Source: Candidatus Eiseniibacteriota bacterium
GTDB lineage: Bacteria; Eisenbacteria; RBG-16-71-46; CAVPCR01
NCBI GenBank assembly: GCA_963823555.1
Contig: CAWGMA010000002.1
Span: 480,001-544,000 of the forward strand
Direction: 5' to 3'
DNA: 64,000 bases
The notes beneath the pieces were generated by a model, which saw nothing but the letters and a program-made list of their open reading frames with translations, was not told where the DNA came from and did no database searches. The first letter of the stretch is position 1. Every line of letters starts with the position of its first letter. Shown in pieces: positions 50,935-60,429 of this stretch. A program made the position numbers and the translations under genes.

Positions 50935-52602
50935 TCACCCGGGCGGCTCGCTTCCCCCGGCGGGATACGGGGGGAGCGTGGTAAGGCGCGAATCCTCCAC
51001 GGCGCCCCCCACCGTGAAGTGGTAGAGGCTCTGCAACCGGTCATCGGTGATGCCGCAGAGCTCGTGCACGAGGTCATCGAAGTAGCAGCCGATGCCGGTG
51101 CCCCGGATCCCCGCCGCCTCGGCCTCGAGATAGAGCACCTGCCCGATCATGCCCGTTTCCCAGAAGAGCCGGCGGTAGAACGGCGCGCCGAAGCGCTCGA
51201 GGCTCGTCCGCATCTCGGCGAGCATCCCGAGGCTTGCGGCGCCATCGGCCGCGATCGCCTGCTGGCAGGAGATCTCGGCGGCGATGCCTCGGAGGTCGCC
51301 GCTCGCGAGGAGGAAGAAGGGGAGATCGGGCGAGGAGCCGGGCGCCGGCTCCCAGGCGAGATCGCGGCGCAAAGAGTCGCGCAAGAACGCAATCTTCCGT
51401 GGGTCGCGCGCGAGGAGATAGAGTCCGGGATCGAGGCCGTCGACCCGGTGGACGAAGAGCGCGAGATGGACCCGAGGCCTCCAGGGGAGCGCATCCCAGG
51501 GGATGGCCGCATTCCTGGCGCCCGGCATCAGGCGCGCCAGCATCCGATAGAAGGTGGCAACGGGGATCCGGGTCTCCGCGTCCATGGCGACCGCGCTCCG
51601 CCGGCCGAGGATCACCTCGGCTGCGGTCTTGCCGCTCGTCAGGGGAGCCGCGGCAGGACCGGCGCCGCCCGCCAGTTCTTCATCCCATTCGTGAATATCC
51701 ACGACGAGCGAGCCATGGGCGGCAGCGGTCACTTGATCGATGACCGGCCAGTCGTGCGCGTGCTCCGCGCTGAGCCGGTTCGCCTGCCCACTCCAGACGC
51801 CGCTCGCCGCGGCGGCTCGCGCCGCATCCACTGGAAGCGGGACCGCCTCGGCTGCTCCCGGCCCCGGCGTGACCTCGATCAGGCAATCGGGCTCCTCGCG
51901 CTCGGCGCCGCCCGGGAAGTCGCCCTCGCGATCGAGACCGAGGAGGGCCCCTGTCGCCTCGTCATCCGCCGCGACGAGGCGCGCGCTCCAGCCGAGGGCG
52001 GCGGCCGCCAGGCGGAGCGCGGCGATCGCGTGCCCGCAGTCGTGCTGGCAGTAGCGATAGGCGCGCTCCCCGTATTTCCAGGCCTCGCGCCAGTGGATGG
52101 AGGAGAGCCCGGCAAGGAAGCACGGCTCGGGCCGGCCCGCCGCAAGCGCCGCGAACGACCCGGCCGGGATCGCGGCGCGCTCTTCGAGCGCGTGCTCGCG
52201 CGGCGTGTAATGGTAGACGCCGGGGGTGCTCCCCAGTCCCTCGATCGCGGGCAAGACGGCATAGCCCTCGGTCGGATGCAGGTTCCCGCTCGAGGGATTG
52301 GCGCGGAGCGCCCAGCGCGTGCCGCGGAACTCCTTCCAGGCGGTGAGGGAGAGCGAGAGACGGAAGAAGAGCGAGAGCGAGGCGATGTCAAGGGGAGCCG
52401 CTCTCACCCCGGCATCGCGCGCGTGGAGAGTCTCATAGGGGAGCGCCGGCAACGGGACGTTCAGCGGCAGCGCCATGAGCGGCGCGCCGCGATAGCGGCG
52501 AAAAGGATCGGGCTGGGTGGCCCAGTCGAGCATCCCCGGTCCAGCCGCGAAGCGATGGCGGTGATGCTTGGTGCGCTCGTGATAGCTCGAGACCATATCC
52601 AT
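50935..52602 (-). CDS. SagB/ThcOx-type FMN oxidoreductase (tandem nitroreductase domains)
   Basis: YHERTKH, LRANPSSGNLHPTE, REAWKYGERAYRY, RRSA, GTGIGCYFDD, LYHFTVG. Confidence 0.9.
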   Translation of the reverse strand: MDMVSSYHERTKHHRHRFAAGPGMLDWATQPDPFRRYRGAPLMALPLNVPLPALPYETLHARDAGVRAAPLDIASLSLFFRLSLSLTAWKEFRGTRWALRANPSSGNLHPTEGYAVLPAIEGLGSTPGVYHYTPREHALEERAAIPAGSFAALAAGRPEPCFLAGLSSIHWREAWKYGERAYRYCQHDCGHAIAALRLAAAALGWSARLVAADDEATGALLGLDREGDFPGGAEREEPDCLIEVTPGPGAAEAVPLPVDAARAAAASGVWSGQANRLSAEHAHDWPVIDQVTAAAHGSLVVDIHEWDEELAGGAGPAAAPLTSGKTAAEVILGRRSAVAMDAETRIPVATFYRMLARLMPGARNAAIPWDALPWRPRVHLALFVHRVDGLDPGLYLLARDPRKIAFLRDSLRRDLAWEPAPGSSPDLPFFLLASGDLRGIAAEISCQQAIAADGAASLGMLAEMRTSLERFGAPFYRRLFWETGMIGQVLYLEAEAAGIRGTGIGCYFDDLVHELCGITDDRLQSLYHFTVGGAVEDSRLTTLPPYPAGGSEPPG

Positions 52603-54494
52603 CAGGGACGCTGGGGCGGGAAGATCATGAGGCCCGACCTGCCGTCGGCGATGGCGACGAGGCCCCCGCCGACCGCCACCCCGGTGGCGTTTCCCGGCGT
52701 GTCGGCCCCGCCCATGAGCCGCGGCCGGCGCGGATCGCGGATGTCGATCACCTGGAAACCGGACTCCTCTCCGGCCACGTAGGCCGTGCCGCCGGCGACG
52801 AACACATCGCGCGCCCCGCTGGGCGTGGTGATGCTCGCCACGAGCTCGGGTGCGGCGGGGTTCGTGATGTCGATGATATGGACGTCCGCCCCCGGGCCAT
52901 CGGCCACATAGGCGAATCCACCGGCGGCGGCCACGGCGACGGCGCGGCCGTCGGTGTCGATGCCGCCGCTGAGATGCGGCGCCGCCGGATTCGCGATGTC
53001 GATGATCGTGAGGCCATGATCCCCGTCGGCGACGAGCGCATGATGGCCGCTCAAGGCCACGTCCCAGGCATCGCCCGGGGTGTCGATGCGGGCGATCATC
53101 CGCGGCCGCTCGGGATCGACGATCGAGATGATCTCGAGCCCGGCCTGGAAGTCGGCGACGTAGGCCAGATCCCCGGCCGCGGCCACCTCCCAGGCGCCGT
53201 AGGGCGTGTCGATCGTGCCCGCGAGGCGCGCCGCCGCGGGTTGCGACAGATCGACGATGGCGAGCCCGGCCGCATGGGCCGCCACCAACGCATGCGCGCC
53301 CGCGATCGCGACCCCGTACGCCAGATCCGGAGTGAGCACGGTGCGCACCAGGCGCGGAGCGGTCGGGTCGCCGAGGTCGATGACGCCGAGCCCGCCCTCG
53401 TTCCCCGCCACCGCCGCGATCACCGGCCCGCCGCTCTCCAGCTCCGCGATCGCCACCCCGCGCGCGCGGCCGTTCACGTCGAGCGCCGCCACCGGCACCA
53501 CGGCCGCCGGATTGGTGACGTCGATCACCTGCAAGCCCGCCGTGTTGTCGGCGATGTAGGCGAAGCCGTCCTCGATCGCGATGCCGAACGCGAAATCGGC
53601 GAGCGGCACGCGACCGAGGAGCTTCGGCTGCCGTGGGACGCCGACATCGGCGACCACGAGCCCATCACCGCCGAAGTAGGCATGTCCGCCGGCGACCGCC
53701 ACCGCGAACGCCTCCCCGGGAGCCGCGATCTCGGTCTCGATGCGTGGCGCCGCCGGATCGGTGATGTCGACGACGACGAGTCCGCCCTGGAAGCCATCGG
53801 CCACGAACGCGTGCGTGCCATCGACGGCGACCCCGGCTGAGTTCCCCGGCGTGTCGAGCCGCGCCACCGTGATCGGATACGTCGGATCGGTGACGTCGAT
53901 CACATGGAGGCCGAGGCGATGATCGGCCACGTAGGCATGAGTGCCATCGATGGCGACGTCCCGTGCGTCGCGCGTCAGGGCCTGCCCGACGAGGGACGGC
54001 CGCGTCGGATCCGTGACGTCGATGACCTGGAGCCCGAGCGTTCCGTCGGCGACGAAGACGTGCGTTCCGGCCACTGCCACCGCATGGGGCGTGCCCAGAT
54101 CCTCGACGCTGCCGATGATGGGAAGTTCCCCGGGAGCGGACAGGTCGAAGACGAGAAGGCCGCAGTCGGCTCCGACCACGAAGGCATGGGTCGCGGTCGC
54201 CGCTACATCGCGCGCTCCGCCGGGAATGCGGCTCCGGGCGATGATGCGGGGCGAAGAGGGATCGGCCACATCGACTGCGACGAGTCCGAAATCGCCATCC
54301 GTGACGTAGGCCTGGCCGCCGGAGAGCGCGACCGCGGTCGCGTACTCGGGCGTATCGATGCGGGCGAGCCAGTGTAGGTAGTGGCCATAGTCGATGGGGT
54401 CGAGCGGGCGAGCCATCGCCGGCCCGTTCGACAAGGTCAGGACACCGATCAGGGCGCCTACGATGCATCCACGGGGCATAGGGAAAAGTCTCAT
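52602..54494 (-). CDS. Exported LVIVD-repeat beta-propeller protein
   Basis: About 14 repeats of DTPG.A..VAV.G..AYVAD...GL.VIDI.DP..P; signal peptide. Confidence 0.9.
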   Translation of the reverse strand: MRLFPMPRGCIVGALIGVLTLSNGPAMARPLDPIDYGHYLHWLARIDTPEYATAVALSGGQAYVTDGDFGLVAVDVADPSSPRIIARSRIPGGARDVAATATHAFVVGADCGLLVFDLSAPGELPIIGSVEDLGTPHAVAVAGTHVFVADGTLGLQVIDVTDPTRPSLVGQALTRDARDVAIDGTHAYVADHRLGLHVIDVTDPTYPITVARLDTPGNSAGVAVDGTHAFVADGFQGGLVVVDITDPAAPRIETEIAAPGEAFAVAVAGGHAYFGGDGLVVADVGVPRQPKLLGRVPLADFAFGIAIEDGFAYIADNTAGLQVIDVTNPAAVVPVAALDVNGRARGVAIAELESGGPVIAAVAGNEGGLGVIDLGDPTAPRLVRTVLTPDLAYGVAIAGAHALVAAHAAGLAIVDLSQPAAARLAGTIDTPYGAWEVAAAGDLAYVADFQAGLEIISIVDPERPRMIARIDTPGDAWDVALSGHHALVADGDHGLTIIDIANPAAPHLSGGIDTDGRAVAVAAAGGFAYVADGPGADVHIIDITNPAAPELVASITTPSGARDVFVAGGTAYVAGEESGFQVIDIRDPRRPRLMGGADTPGNATGVAVGGGLVAIADGRSGLMIFPPQRP

Positions 54495-54841
54495 TTGGTC
54501 CCAGTCTAGGTGTGATCCGGGTCTTGAGTCCAGTCAAGGTCCAGGCGAGAGCCGGACGGCAGATCAGCGACCCGACCTGCCATTGTGCCCCACCGCCACC
54601 ACCCTGGTCGGTCAGATCGTCCTGGAATCGACACCGGCATACCGCCCACTCCCTGGTCCATTCGATAGCCCCGCGCCCGACAACGAATTAGTGATCGCTC
54701 CCGGCAGGCTCCGCGGCACCGTTGATGCATCACTCAGAGGGTTGTCCGCTGCGCCATTTGACGCAGCCCGGCCTCCGGGCCGGTGCCAGCGTGGCTGCCG
54801 GTTCCGCGGTCGATCGATCGGCCGGCACCGTGGTCGAAACG

Positions 54842-55267
54842 ATGCACGAACTCCTCTTTGCCCAGACGCTCCTCGATCTGGTCTGCTGTGAAGCGGCGGC
54901 TCACCGCGGCGAGCGCGTTAGCTCGATCAGGCTGCGCGTGGGCGAGCTCTCGGGAGTGGAGCCGCGGGCTCTGGTCGCCGCCTTCGAGGCGCGCAAGGCA
55001 GGGACCGCCTGTGCCGATTCCGAGCTCGTGATCGAGACCATTGCCGCGACCTGGATCTGTGCCGAGTGCGGGAGTGAGCAGCCGACCGACACCGCGGGTC
55101 ATTGCGTGCTGGGATTCTGCGGTGATTGCGGGTGCGATCGAATCGTTCTCATCACTGGCATCGAGATCGATTTCGCCGGCGTGGACTACGTGGCCGCAGG
55201 TGGACCGCGCCTAACCGCTCCCCCCTGGCGCCGCGAGATCGGCATCGAACGCCGCGCCTCGGGGTGA
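54842..55267 (+). CDS. hypA: HypA/HybF nickel metallochaperone
   Basis: N-terminal MHE, VGELSGVEP, and two CxxC motifs (CAEC, CGDC). The 3' end overlaps the convergent gene. Confidence 0.88.
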   Translation: MHELLFAQTLLDLVCCEAAAHRGERVSSIRLRVGELSGVEPRALVAAFEARKAGTACADSELVIETIAATWICAECGSEQPTDTAGHCVLGFCGDCGCDRIVLITGIEIDFAGVDYVAAGGPRLTAPPWRREIGIERRASG

Positions 55268-56104
55268 CCACCCGAGCATGCGGCGCGCTCTCTCGCTCGT
55301 GACCCGCTGATCGAGCACCAGCGCATCGGCGTACGGACCGAGCACCTCCCGCGCCGCCGCGAGCGGCCAGCTCTCGACCTTGCCTCCGGCGCCTCCGGCG
55401 CGGCTGGCTACCTCGGCGATCACGCGCACCGGGACCGATGGCCCGTGAGCCGCGAGGAAGAGCGAGCCGGCGGGGGCGCGGTCGAGGGCGAGGGTATAGA
55501 GCTCGGCCAGGTCCTCGAGTTGCACGAGCGGCCAGTGGTTCCGCCCGTCGCCCACGAAGCGAACCCGTCCTTCGCGCCGTGCCTCGGCCACCATCGCGGC
55601 GATCATGCCCCCGTTGAGTCCGTAGACGATGGCGGGCCGGATCACGGTCGAGCACACGCCGCCCTGCGCCGAGGCCAGGACCTCCCGTTCCACGGCCGGC
55701 CGCCAGGTCACGAGCGGGGTCGGTTGCAGCGGACTCCCCTCATCGGCCACCCGATCTCCCGTGCTGCCCAGGACCCAGACTCCGCTCGTATAGATGAAGG
55801 GCTTGCCGCTCCCGGCAAGGCCATCGAGGATGGCGGTCACCGCCGCCGCGTCAGCGGCCGGGGTCTCGGCGCTGTTCAGGTTCGCCGCGTGCACCGCCGC
55901 GTCGGCGGTGTGCGCCGCATCGGCCAGGAGGTCGGTGTCGCGGAGATCGCCACGGAGCTCGGTGAAGCCGCGTGCCGCCGCCTTGCGGGCCGCCTCGGCG
56001 GAACGCACGAGCCCGATGATCTCGTGTCCGGCCGCGGCCAGCGCCGAGCCGACCGCGCCGCCGATGTATCCGGTAGCGCCCGTGAGCAGGATTCTCACCT
56101 TCAC
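55211..56104 (-). CDS. NAD-dependent epimerase/dehydratase (atypical SDR)
   Basis: TGATGYIG, YTSGVWV, IRP..VYG, LGWSP. Confidence 0.92.
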   Translation of the reverse strand: MKVRILLTGATGYIGGAVGSALAAAGHEIIGLVRSAEAARKAAARGFTELRGDLRDTDLLADAAHTADAAVHAANLNSAETPAADAAAVTAILDGLAGSGKPFIYTSGVWVLGSTGDRVADEGSPLQPTPLVTWRPAVEREVLASAQGGVCSTVIRPAIVYGLNGGMIAAMVAEARREGRVRFVGDGRNHWPLVQLEDLAELYTLALDRAPAGSLFLAAHGPSVPVRVIAEVASRAGGAGGKVESWPLAAAREVLGPYADALVLDQRVTSERARRMLGWSPRGAAFDADLAAPGGSG

Positions 56105-56110
56105 CTCGTC

Positions 56111-59100
56111 TCAACGAATGAGCACCATCCGCCGCACCTCGCTGGCGGCGCCCGCATCCAGACGGTAGAAGTAGACACCCGAGGCCACCGCGCGGCCCCG
56201 GTCATCGGTGCCGTCCCAGATGGCGGTGTGCGGTCCGGCGGATTCCGAGTCGCTGTGCACGAGAGCGCGCACGCGCCGGCCCATTGTGTCATAGATATCG
56301 ATGCGGACACCACCCGGTGCCGGCAGCGTGTAGCGGATCAGGGTCCGTGGGTTGAACGGATTGGGAATGTTCTGTCCCAGCTCGAACCCGGGCGCCGGTG
56401 CCGCGCCCTGATCTCCGACCCCCACGACGCCCTCGAGCGCGCAGCGCAGCACGCGCCCGAACCCCGGCACGCCGTTGAAGGCGGTCCCGGCCACGATGCA
56501 CGCGCTGGTGGCGGCGAGGGCGTGGACCGCCTCGGCCGCATCGATGGCGCCGCCGTACGCCTCCCAGTCGCCGAATCCGGCGGGGCCGGGCGTCATGCGA
56601 TAGACCCGCGTCGCGCTGCCGCCGCGATCGACCTCGACGCCGGCATAGACCTTCCCCCATCGATCGCGCGCCAGGCTCTCGACGGCGCGCACATCCGGGT
56701 CCGGGAACTCGGTGGTCTTCGTCCACACCGTGCCGAGCGGCTCGGTGACGTAGACGAAGCCCGCATCGCTCTCCTCGACGGCCGCATAGAGCCACTCCGG
56801 GGTCGGGAGCAGCGCGTACACCGATCTCACATCGGGTTCGAGCCCGGACATCGGCAGCCACTCGATGCCGTTATCGGAGCGCAGGATCGAGCCGGCCTGC
56901 CCCTCGTCGAAGCTCACTCCGGCGAAGACGAGGCCCGAGCCCCCGCGGGCGAGAGAGTGCGGGTACATGTCCTCGCCGAGCTCGCCCCAGGGCTGCCAGC
57001 TCGAGCCGGAATCCATCGTGCGCAGGATGAAGCCGCCCAGATTCGCTTCGGGCCGGCCGTAGGCTGCGGCCAGCCACTCGCCGGGGCCGACCGCCACGAG
57101 CGCGGTGACGATTCCCTCGGGGATCGTGAAGACGATCTCCCAGGTTTCGCCCTGATCACCCGAGCGGTAGATGACTCCCGGCCGGGAATCGCCGAGATCC
57201 GCCCAGCCGGCGGCCAGGAGCGCCTGCGGTTCCGCCTGGCCGATCGCCGTGATGGCGCGGCAGCCGGTGAGGGTCCCGAGTGACTCCCAGCTTGCTCCGG
57301 AATCGGTGGAGCGCATGACCTGACCGCGCGTGGTGATGGTGTCGATATGCGTCATGACCGCGGCCAGGATCGACCCCGGCGCGGGCTCGATCACGTGATT
57401 GACGGTGATGGCGGCATCCATCGCCGCGGTCTCGGCCCAGGTCGGCGGTTGATCGATGAGCGGCGCTGCGGGTGGTGGGGCGGAATCGGCGCGATCGCGC
57501 CCGGCGGCGATGGCGCTCCTCCAGCCGGCGGGTCGCACGGTCGGGCCGGTCGCCAGGGGCTTGTCCATCGCCCCGGCGAGATACTCCGGCACATCGAGGC
57601 TCAACGAGGGATCGCCGTAGTAGTTGAAGACCCGGATCCCGCGATCGAGGCCATGCATCGCGGCGTGATGGAGCATGGCGTCGTAGAAGGCCTGGCCGAC
57701 CTGCATGTGGTCGTCGAGCAGGTCATCGTAGAAGTAGTAGCTCAGGGACTGGCCCCCGCCGTCCGTGGGCGATGCCCACCGTTCCTTGTATTCGGAGCCT
57801 GCTGTCGAGCCGATCACCGCCGGCGCTCCGTAGCGGAGGTAGTTCTTCAGCATGGTGCCCGAGCGTGGAGTCCGGATCAGGTAGCGGGAGCGGAGCGGCG
57901 AGGCATCGGCGAGCGAGTCGGGCCCGAAGATGGGCGCGGTCGAGCAGCCGTTCAGGAACACCACCGCCGACACCGGGTGAGCGGGGATATCGCCGGCCCG
58001 GCTGAATTCCGTGTAGCCCACTTCCCCGAGCTTGTAGTCCGGTCGCTCGTTGGGGATGTGGTCGTCGATCCAGCGCTGACCGGACATGCCTCCAGGATGC
58101 CCGTGCGCGACACAGCTCACGAGAGCCTGGCGCTCGAGGGTGCAGCGCGAGCGGTAGGATTCGGTGCTGAGGGGCGCCGTGCAGGGGTGGATCGAGGGTG
58201 CGAGGCCACCCTTCTCGTAGAGCGTCTCGACGCTCCAGGGACCGAGAAAGTCCTGCCGCAAGAGCTCGCCCAGGTCGCCCCCGTCGGTCTGCATGTCCAT
58301 GAGCCCATGGGCCAGGAGGGCCTTTCGCCTCCACGGCCCCGAGCTCGATTCGAAGCTGGTGATGTTGAAGCAGATGGTCTGGACGACCGCCTCGTCGTTG
58401 AAGGGGATGCGGCCGACGAGGAGATCGGGCACCGGGTCGAACCCGTCCTCCAGGAACTCCCCCCAGCGGCCGTCGTCATCCTGGTCCCAGTCCGCCACGT
58501 CGAGCTTGGCGTAGTAATAGTCGGTCCCGTAGCCGAGAAGACCGCCGGGATTCCCGTCGGGGTAGAGCCGGCGCATGGGGAGCTCGTCCACGTCGCCGAT
58601 CAGGAGCACATGGCTGATCTCCTGGTAGTGATCCGCGAGGTAGTTCCAGATCTTCTCGGCGTCATCGGCGCCGGGATACGTGCCATAGATCCACTCGAGC
58701 ACCACCTGATAGGCGTCGTAGCCGATCAGGCTCTTCCAGTTGAGGAGCACCAGCACTTCCTCGGCGAGATCGATGGAGGCGATCACGGCGAAGTCGCCGA
58801 GCGGATAGGCGGCATCGAAGTAGATGCGCCAGTAGCCCGACACGCGGAAGTCGCTCCAGGCCACACAGGGCTCGACCGGCTTCCAGGGGTTGGCGGCGAT
58901 CGCCGGCCGCTGACCGGGGACGGCGGCCCGGTCCTCGTTGATGATCTCGGCGTCGGCCCATGCCTGCGGCGCGGCGCAGTCCGCCCAGGTGTAGACGATG
59001 TTGAAGTCGCGCCAGAAGGCGGCGTGAATGCGCCCGAACGACTCGCTCACGGTCAAATCGACGAGGTCTTCGGCGGCAGCCGTGTAGGGCATGAGCGCGT

Positions 59101-60181
59101 AGCTCCAGCTCGCGCCGGCGTTCGTGCTCGCATAGCATTCGATGTCCGTGTTCTGCGCTGAGCGCAGGCGCGTGTAGGCGACAGCGACGGCATCGTCGCC
59201 GTTGGTGGCCGCCACGCGCGGGTGGTACTCGTCAGCGGCGGATCCACCGATCAGGAGCTCGCTGTCCCAGTTCGATCCCAGGTCGTTGCTGCGGCGCACG
59301 TGGACATCGCGATCCCCCGGAGCGTAGAGGCGCGTGAAGGTGACGTAGAGGTTGTCGCCGCCATAGTCGATGTCGGGGCGATCGAGCTCCGCGATGTCCT
59401 GGGCGAGCGTGGCCGGTGCCGTCCAGCCGTCGCCGAAATTCACGGTCCGGCTGAAGCGCAGATCGCTGGCATCCGGCTGATCGACGAGCCGGGCCCGGAC
59501 ATACGTGACGTAGGCGTACCAGTAGTCGTATTCCGGGTTGTCCACACAGATCTGCGGGTTGGCAACGCCGAGCGGATTGGCTTCGATCAGGACGGCCGCG
59601 GAGCCGCCGCCGTCGAGATCCTCCCAGTAGGCATGGATCGCCGAGCTATTGGTGCCGCGGCCGTACTCGTACACGATGAGGAGGCGATCGTGCACCCCCT
59701 CGCCGATGGCGATCGCCGGTCGGGTCGGATCCTGAGCGGTGACGAGACTGAACTCGTAGGTCCACATGAACCCGCCGTCGGGTGATTTGTAGATGTCGAG
59801 GTAGTTGCTCGTCTGCTCCTCCACCACGACGTAGAGCGTGCCGTCGCTCTGGATGGCCATGGCGGGTGATGCGGACGCGCGGCTGGGATCCGAGACCAGC
59901 ACGTCGGCACGCCAGCCGCCGCCGCGCTGGAGGAGCTCGGTGCGTACGACCCGCTCGACCTGGGAGGCGGGGAGGGCGGTTCCGGCGCTCTCATTCATGA
60001 GACCCGGATCGATGGCGACGGCGGCGGCCACGTCGCCCGCCCTCTTGGCGGCGCGGAGTCGCTCGATGTGAGCGCTCCCGGTCGGGCCGTGGCCGGCACT
60101 CGCCCGTGGAGCGAGGGGAGCGAGGAGAGCGAGGAGAGCGAGGATGCACCCGACCACAAAACAGGTCCGCGACAAAGCCAT
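56111..60181 (-). CDS. Secreted gingipain-like C25 cysteine peptidase between two BNR propeller regions, with C-terminal FlgD-Ig-like domain
   Basis: Signal peptide; VLLIGD...P, TDYYYA.LD, VGRIP. Candidate catalytic AHG and LNGCST; YYGDPSL; Asp-boxes on both sides; C-terminal QNIPNPFNP...WDGTDDRG..VASGVYFY. Confidence 0.85.
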   Translation of the reverse strand: MALSRTCFVVGCILALLALLAPLAPRASAGHGPTGSAHIERLRAAKRAGDVAAAVAIDPGLMNESAGTALPASQVERVVRTELLQRGGGWRADVLVSDPSRASASPAMAIQSDGTLYVVVEEQTSNYLDIYKSPDGGFMWTYEFSLVTAQDPTRPAIAIGEGVHDRLLIVYEYGRGTNSSAIHAYWEDLDGGGSAAVLIEANPLGVANPQICVDNPEYDYWYAYVTYVRARLVDQPDASDLRFSRTVNFGDGWTAPATLAQDIAELDRPDIDYGGDNLYVTFTRLYAPGDRDVHVRRSNDLGSNWDSELLIGGSAADEYHPRVAATNGDDAVAVAYTRLRSAQNTDIECYASTNAGASWSYALMPYTAAAEDLVDLTVSESFGRIHAAFWRDFNIVYTWADCAAPQAWADAEIINEDRAAVPGQRPAIAANPWKPVEPCVAWSDFRVSGYWRIYFDAAYPLGDFAVIASIDLAEEVLVLLNWKSLIGYDAYQVVLEWIYGTYPGADDAEKIWNYLADHYQEISHVLLIGDVDELPMRRLYPDGNPGGLLGYGTDYYYAKLDVADWDQDDDGRWGEFLEDGFDPVPDLLVGRIPFNDEAVVQTICFNITSFESSSGPWRRKALLAHGLMDMQTDGGDLGELLRQDFLGPWSVETLYEKGGLAPSIHPCTAPLSTESYRSRCTLERQALVSCVAHGHPGGMSGQRWIDDHIPNERPDYKLGEVGYTEFSRAGDIPAHPVSAVVFLNGCSTAPIFGPDSLADASPLRSRYLIRTPRSGTMLKNYLRYGAPAVIGSTAGSEYKERWASPTDGGGQSLSYYFYDDLLDDHMQVGQAFYDAMLHHAAMHGLDRGIRVFNYYGDPSLSLDVPEYLAGAMDKPLATGPTVRPAGWRSAIAAGRDRADSAPPPAAPLIDQPPTWAETAAMDAAITVNHVIEPAPGSILAAVMTHIDTITTRGQVMRSTDSGASWESLGTLTGCRAITAIGQAEPQALLAAGWADLGDSRPGVIYRSGDQGETWEIVFTIPEGIVTALVAVGPGEWLAAAYGRPEANLGGFILRTMDSGSSWQPWGELGEDMYPHSLARGGSGLVFAGVSFDEGQAGSILRSDNGIEWLPMSGLEPDVRSVYALLPTPEWLYAAVEESDAGFVYVTEPLGTVWTKTTEFPDPDVRAVESLARDRWGKVYAGVEVDRGGSATRVYRMTPGPAGFGDWEAYGGAIDAAEAVHALAATSACIVAGTAFNGVPGFGRVLRCALEGVVGVGDQGAAPAPGFELGQNIPNPFNPRTLIRYTLPAPGGVRIDIYDTMGRRVRALVHSDSESAGPHTAIWDGTDDRGRAVASGVYFYRLDAGAASEVRRMVLIR

Positions 60182-60429
60182 GGCAGCCTCCTGCGGCAGC
60201 CGTTGGGGACGGATGCTCGACATCAAGTACAACAGCATCTTGTTGACGCGTCAATTGAATCGAGCCGAATGGCAGATGCACAAATCTAAAATCCTCATTG
60301 CAGGATGCGCGTCTCTCCTCGTATCGTCTGTCCGGTTCTGGCCGCTGGGCAGGCAAGGCTCGGTGCCTCTTGGCGTGGCCGCGCCGGAAGTCTAGGCTCT
60401 TCGGGTAGCTTGGTGGAGGAGGCTCGACC

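Noticed and set aside
34214..52602. RiPP (azole-peptide) cluster suggested by the PmbA/TldE and SagB-type genes
   Set aside because: The two genes are 15 kb apart. There is no YcaO, precursor peptide or TldD partner, and both families commonly occur stand-alone.
54495..54841. Riboswitch or ncRNA in the longer intergenic regions (also 9875-10153 and 42838-43096)
   Set aside because: I could not recognise any conserved aptamer or tRNA structure by eye; an Rfam/Infernal scan is needed to exclude one.
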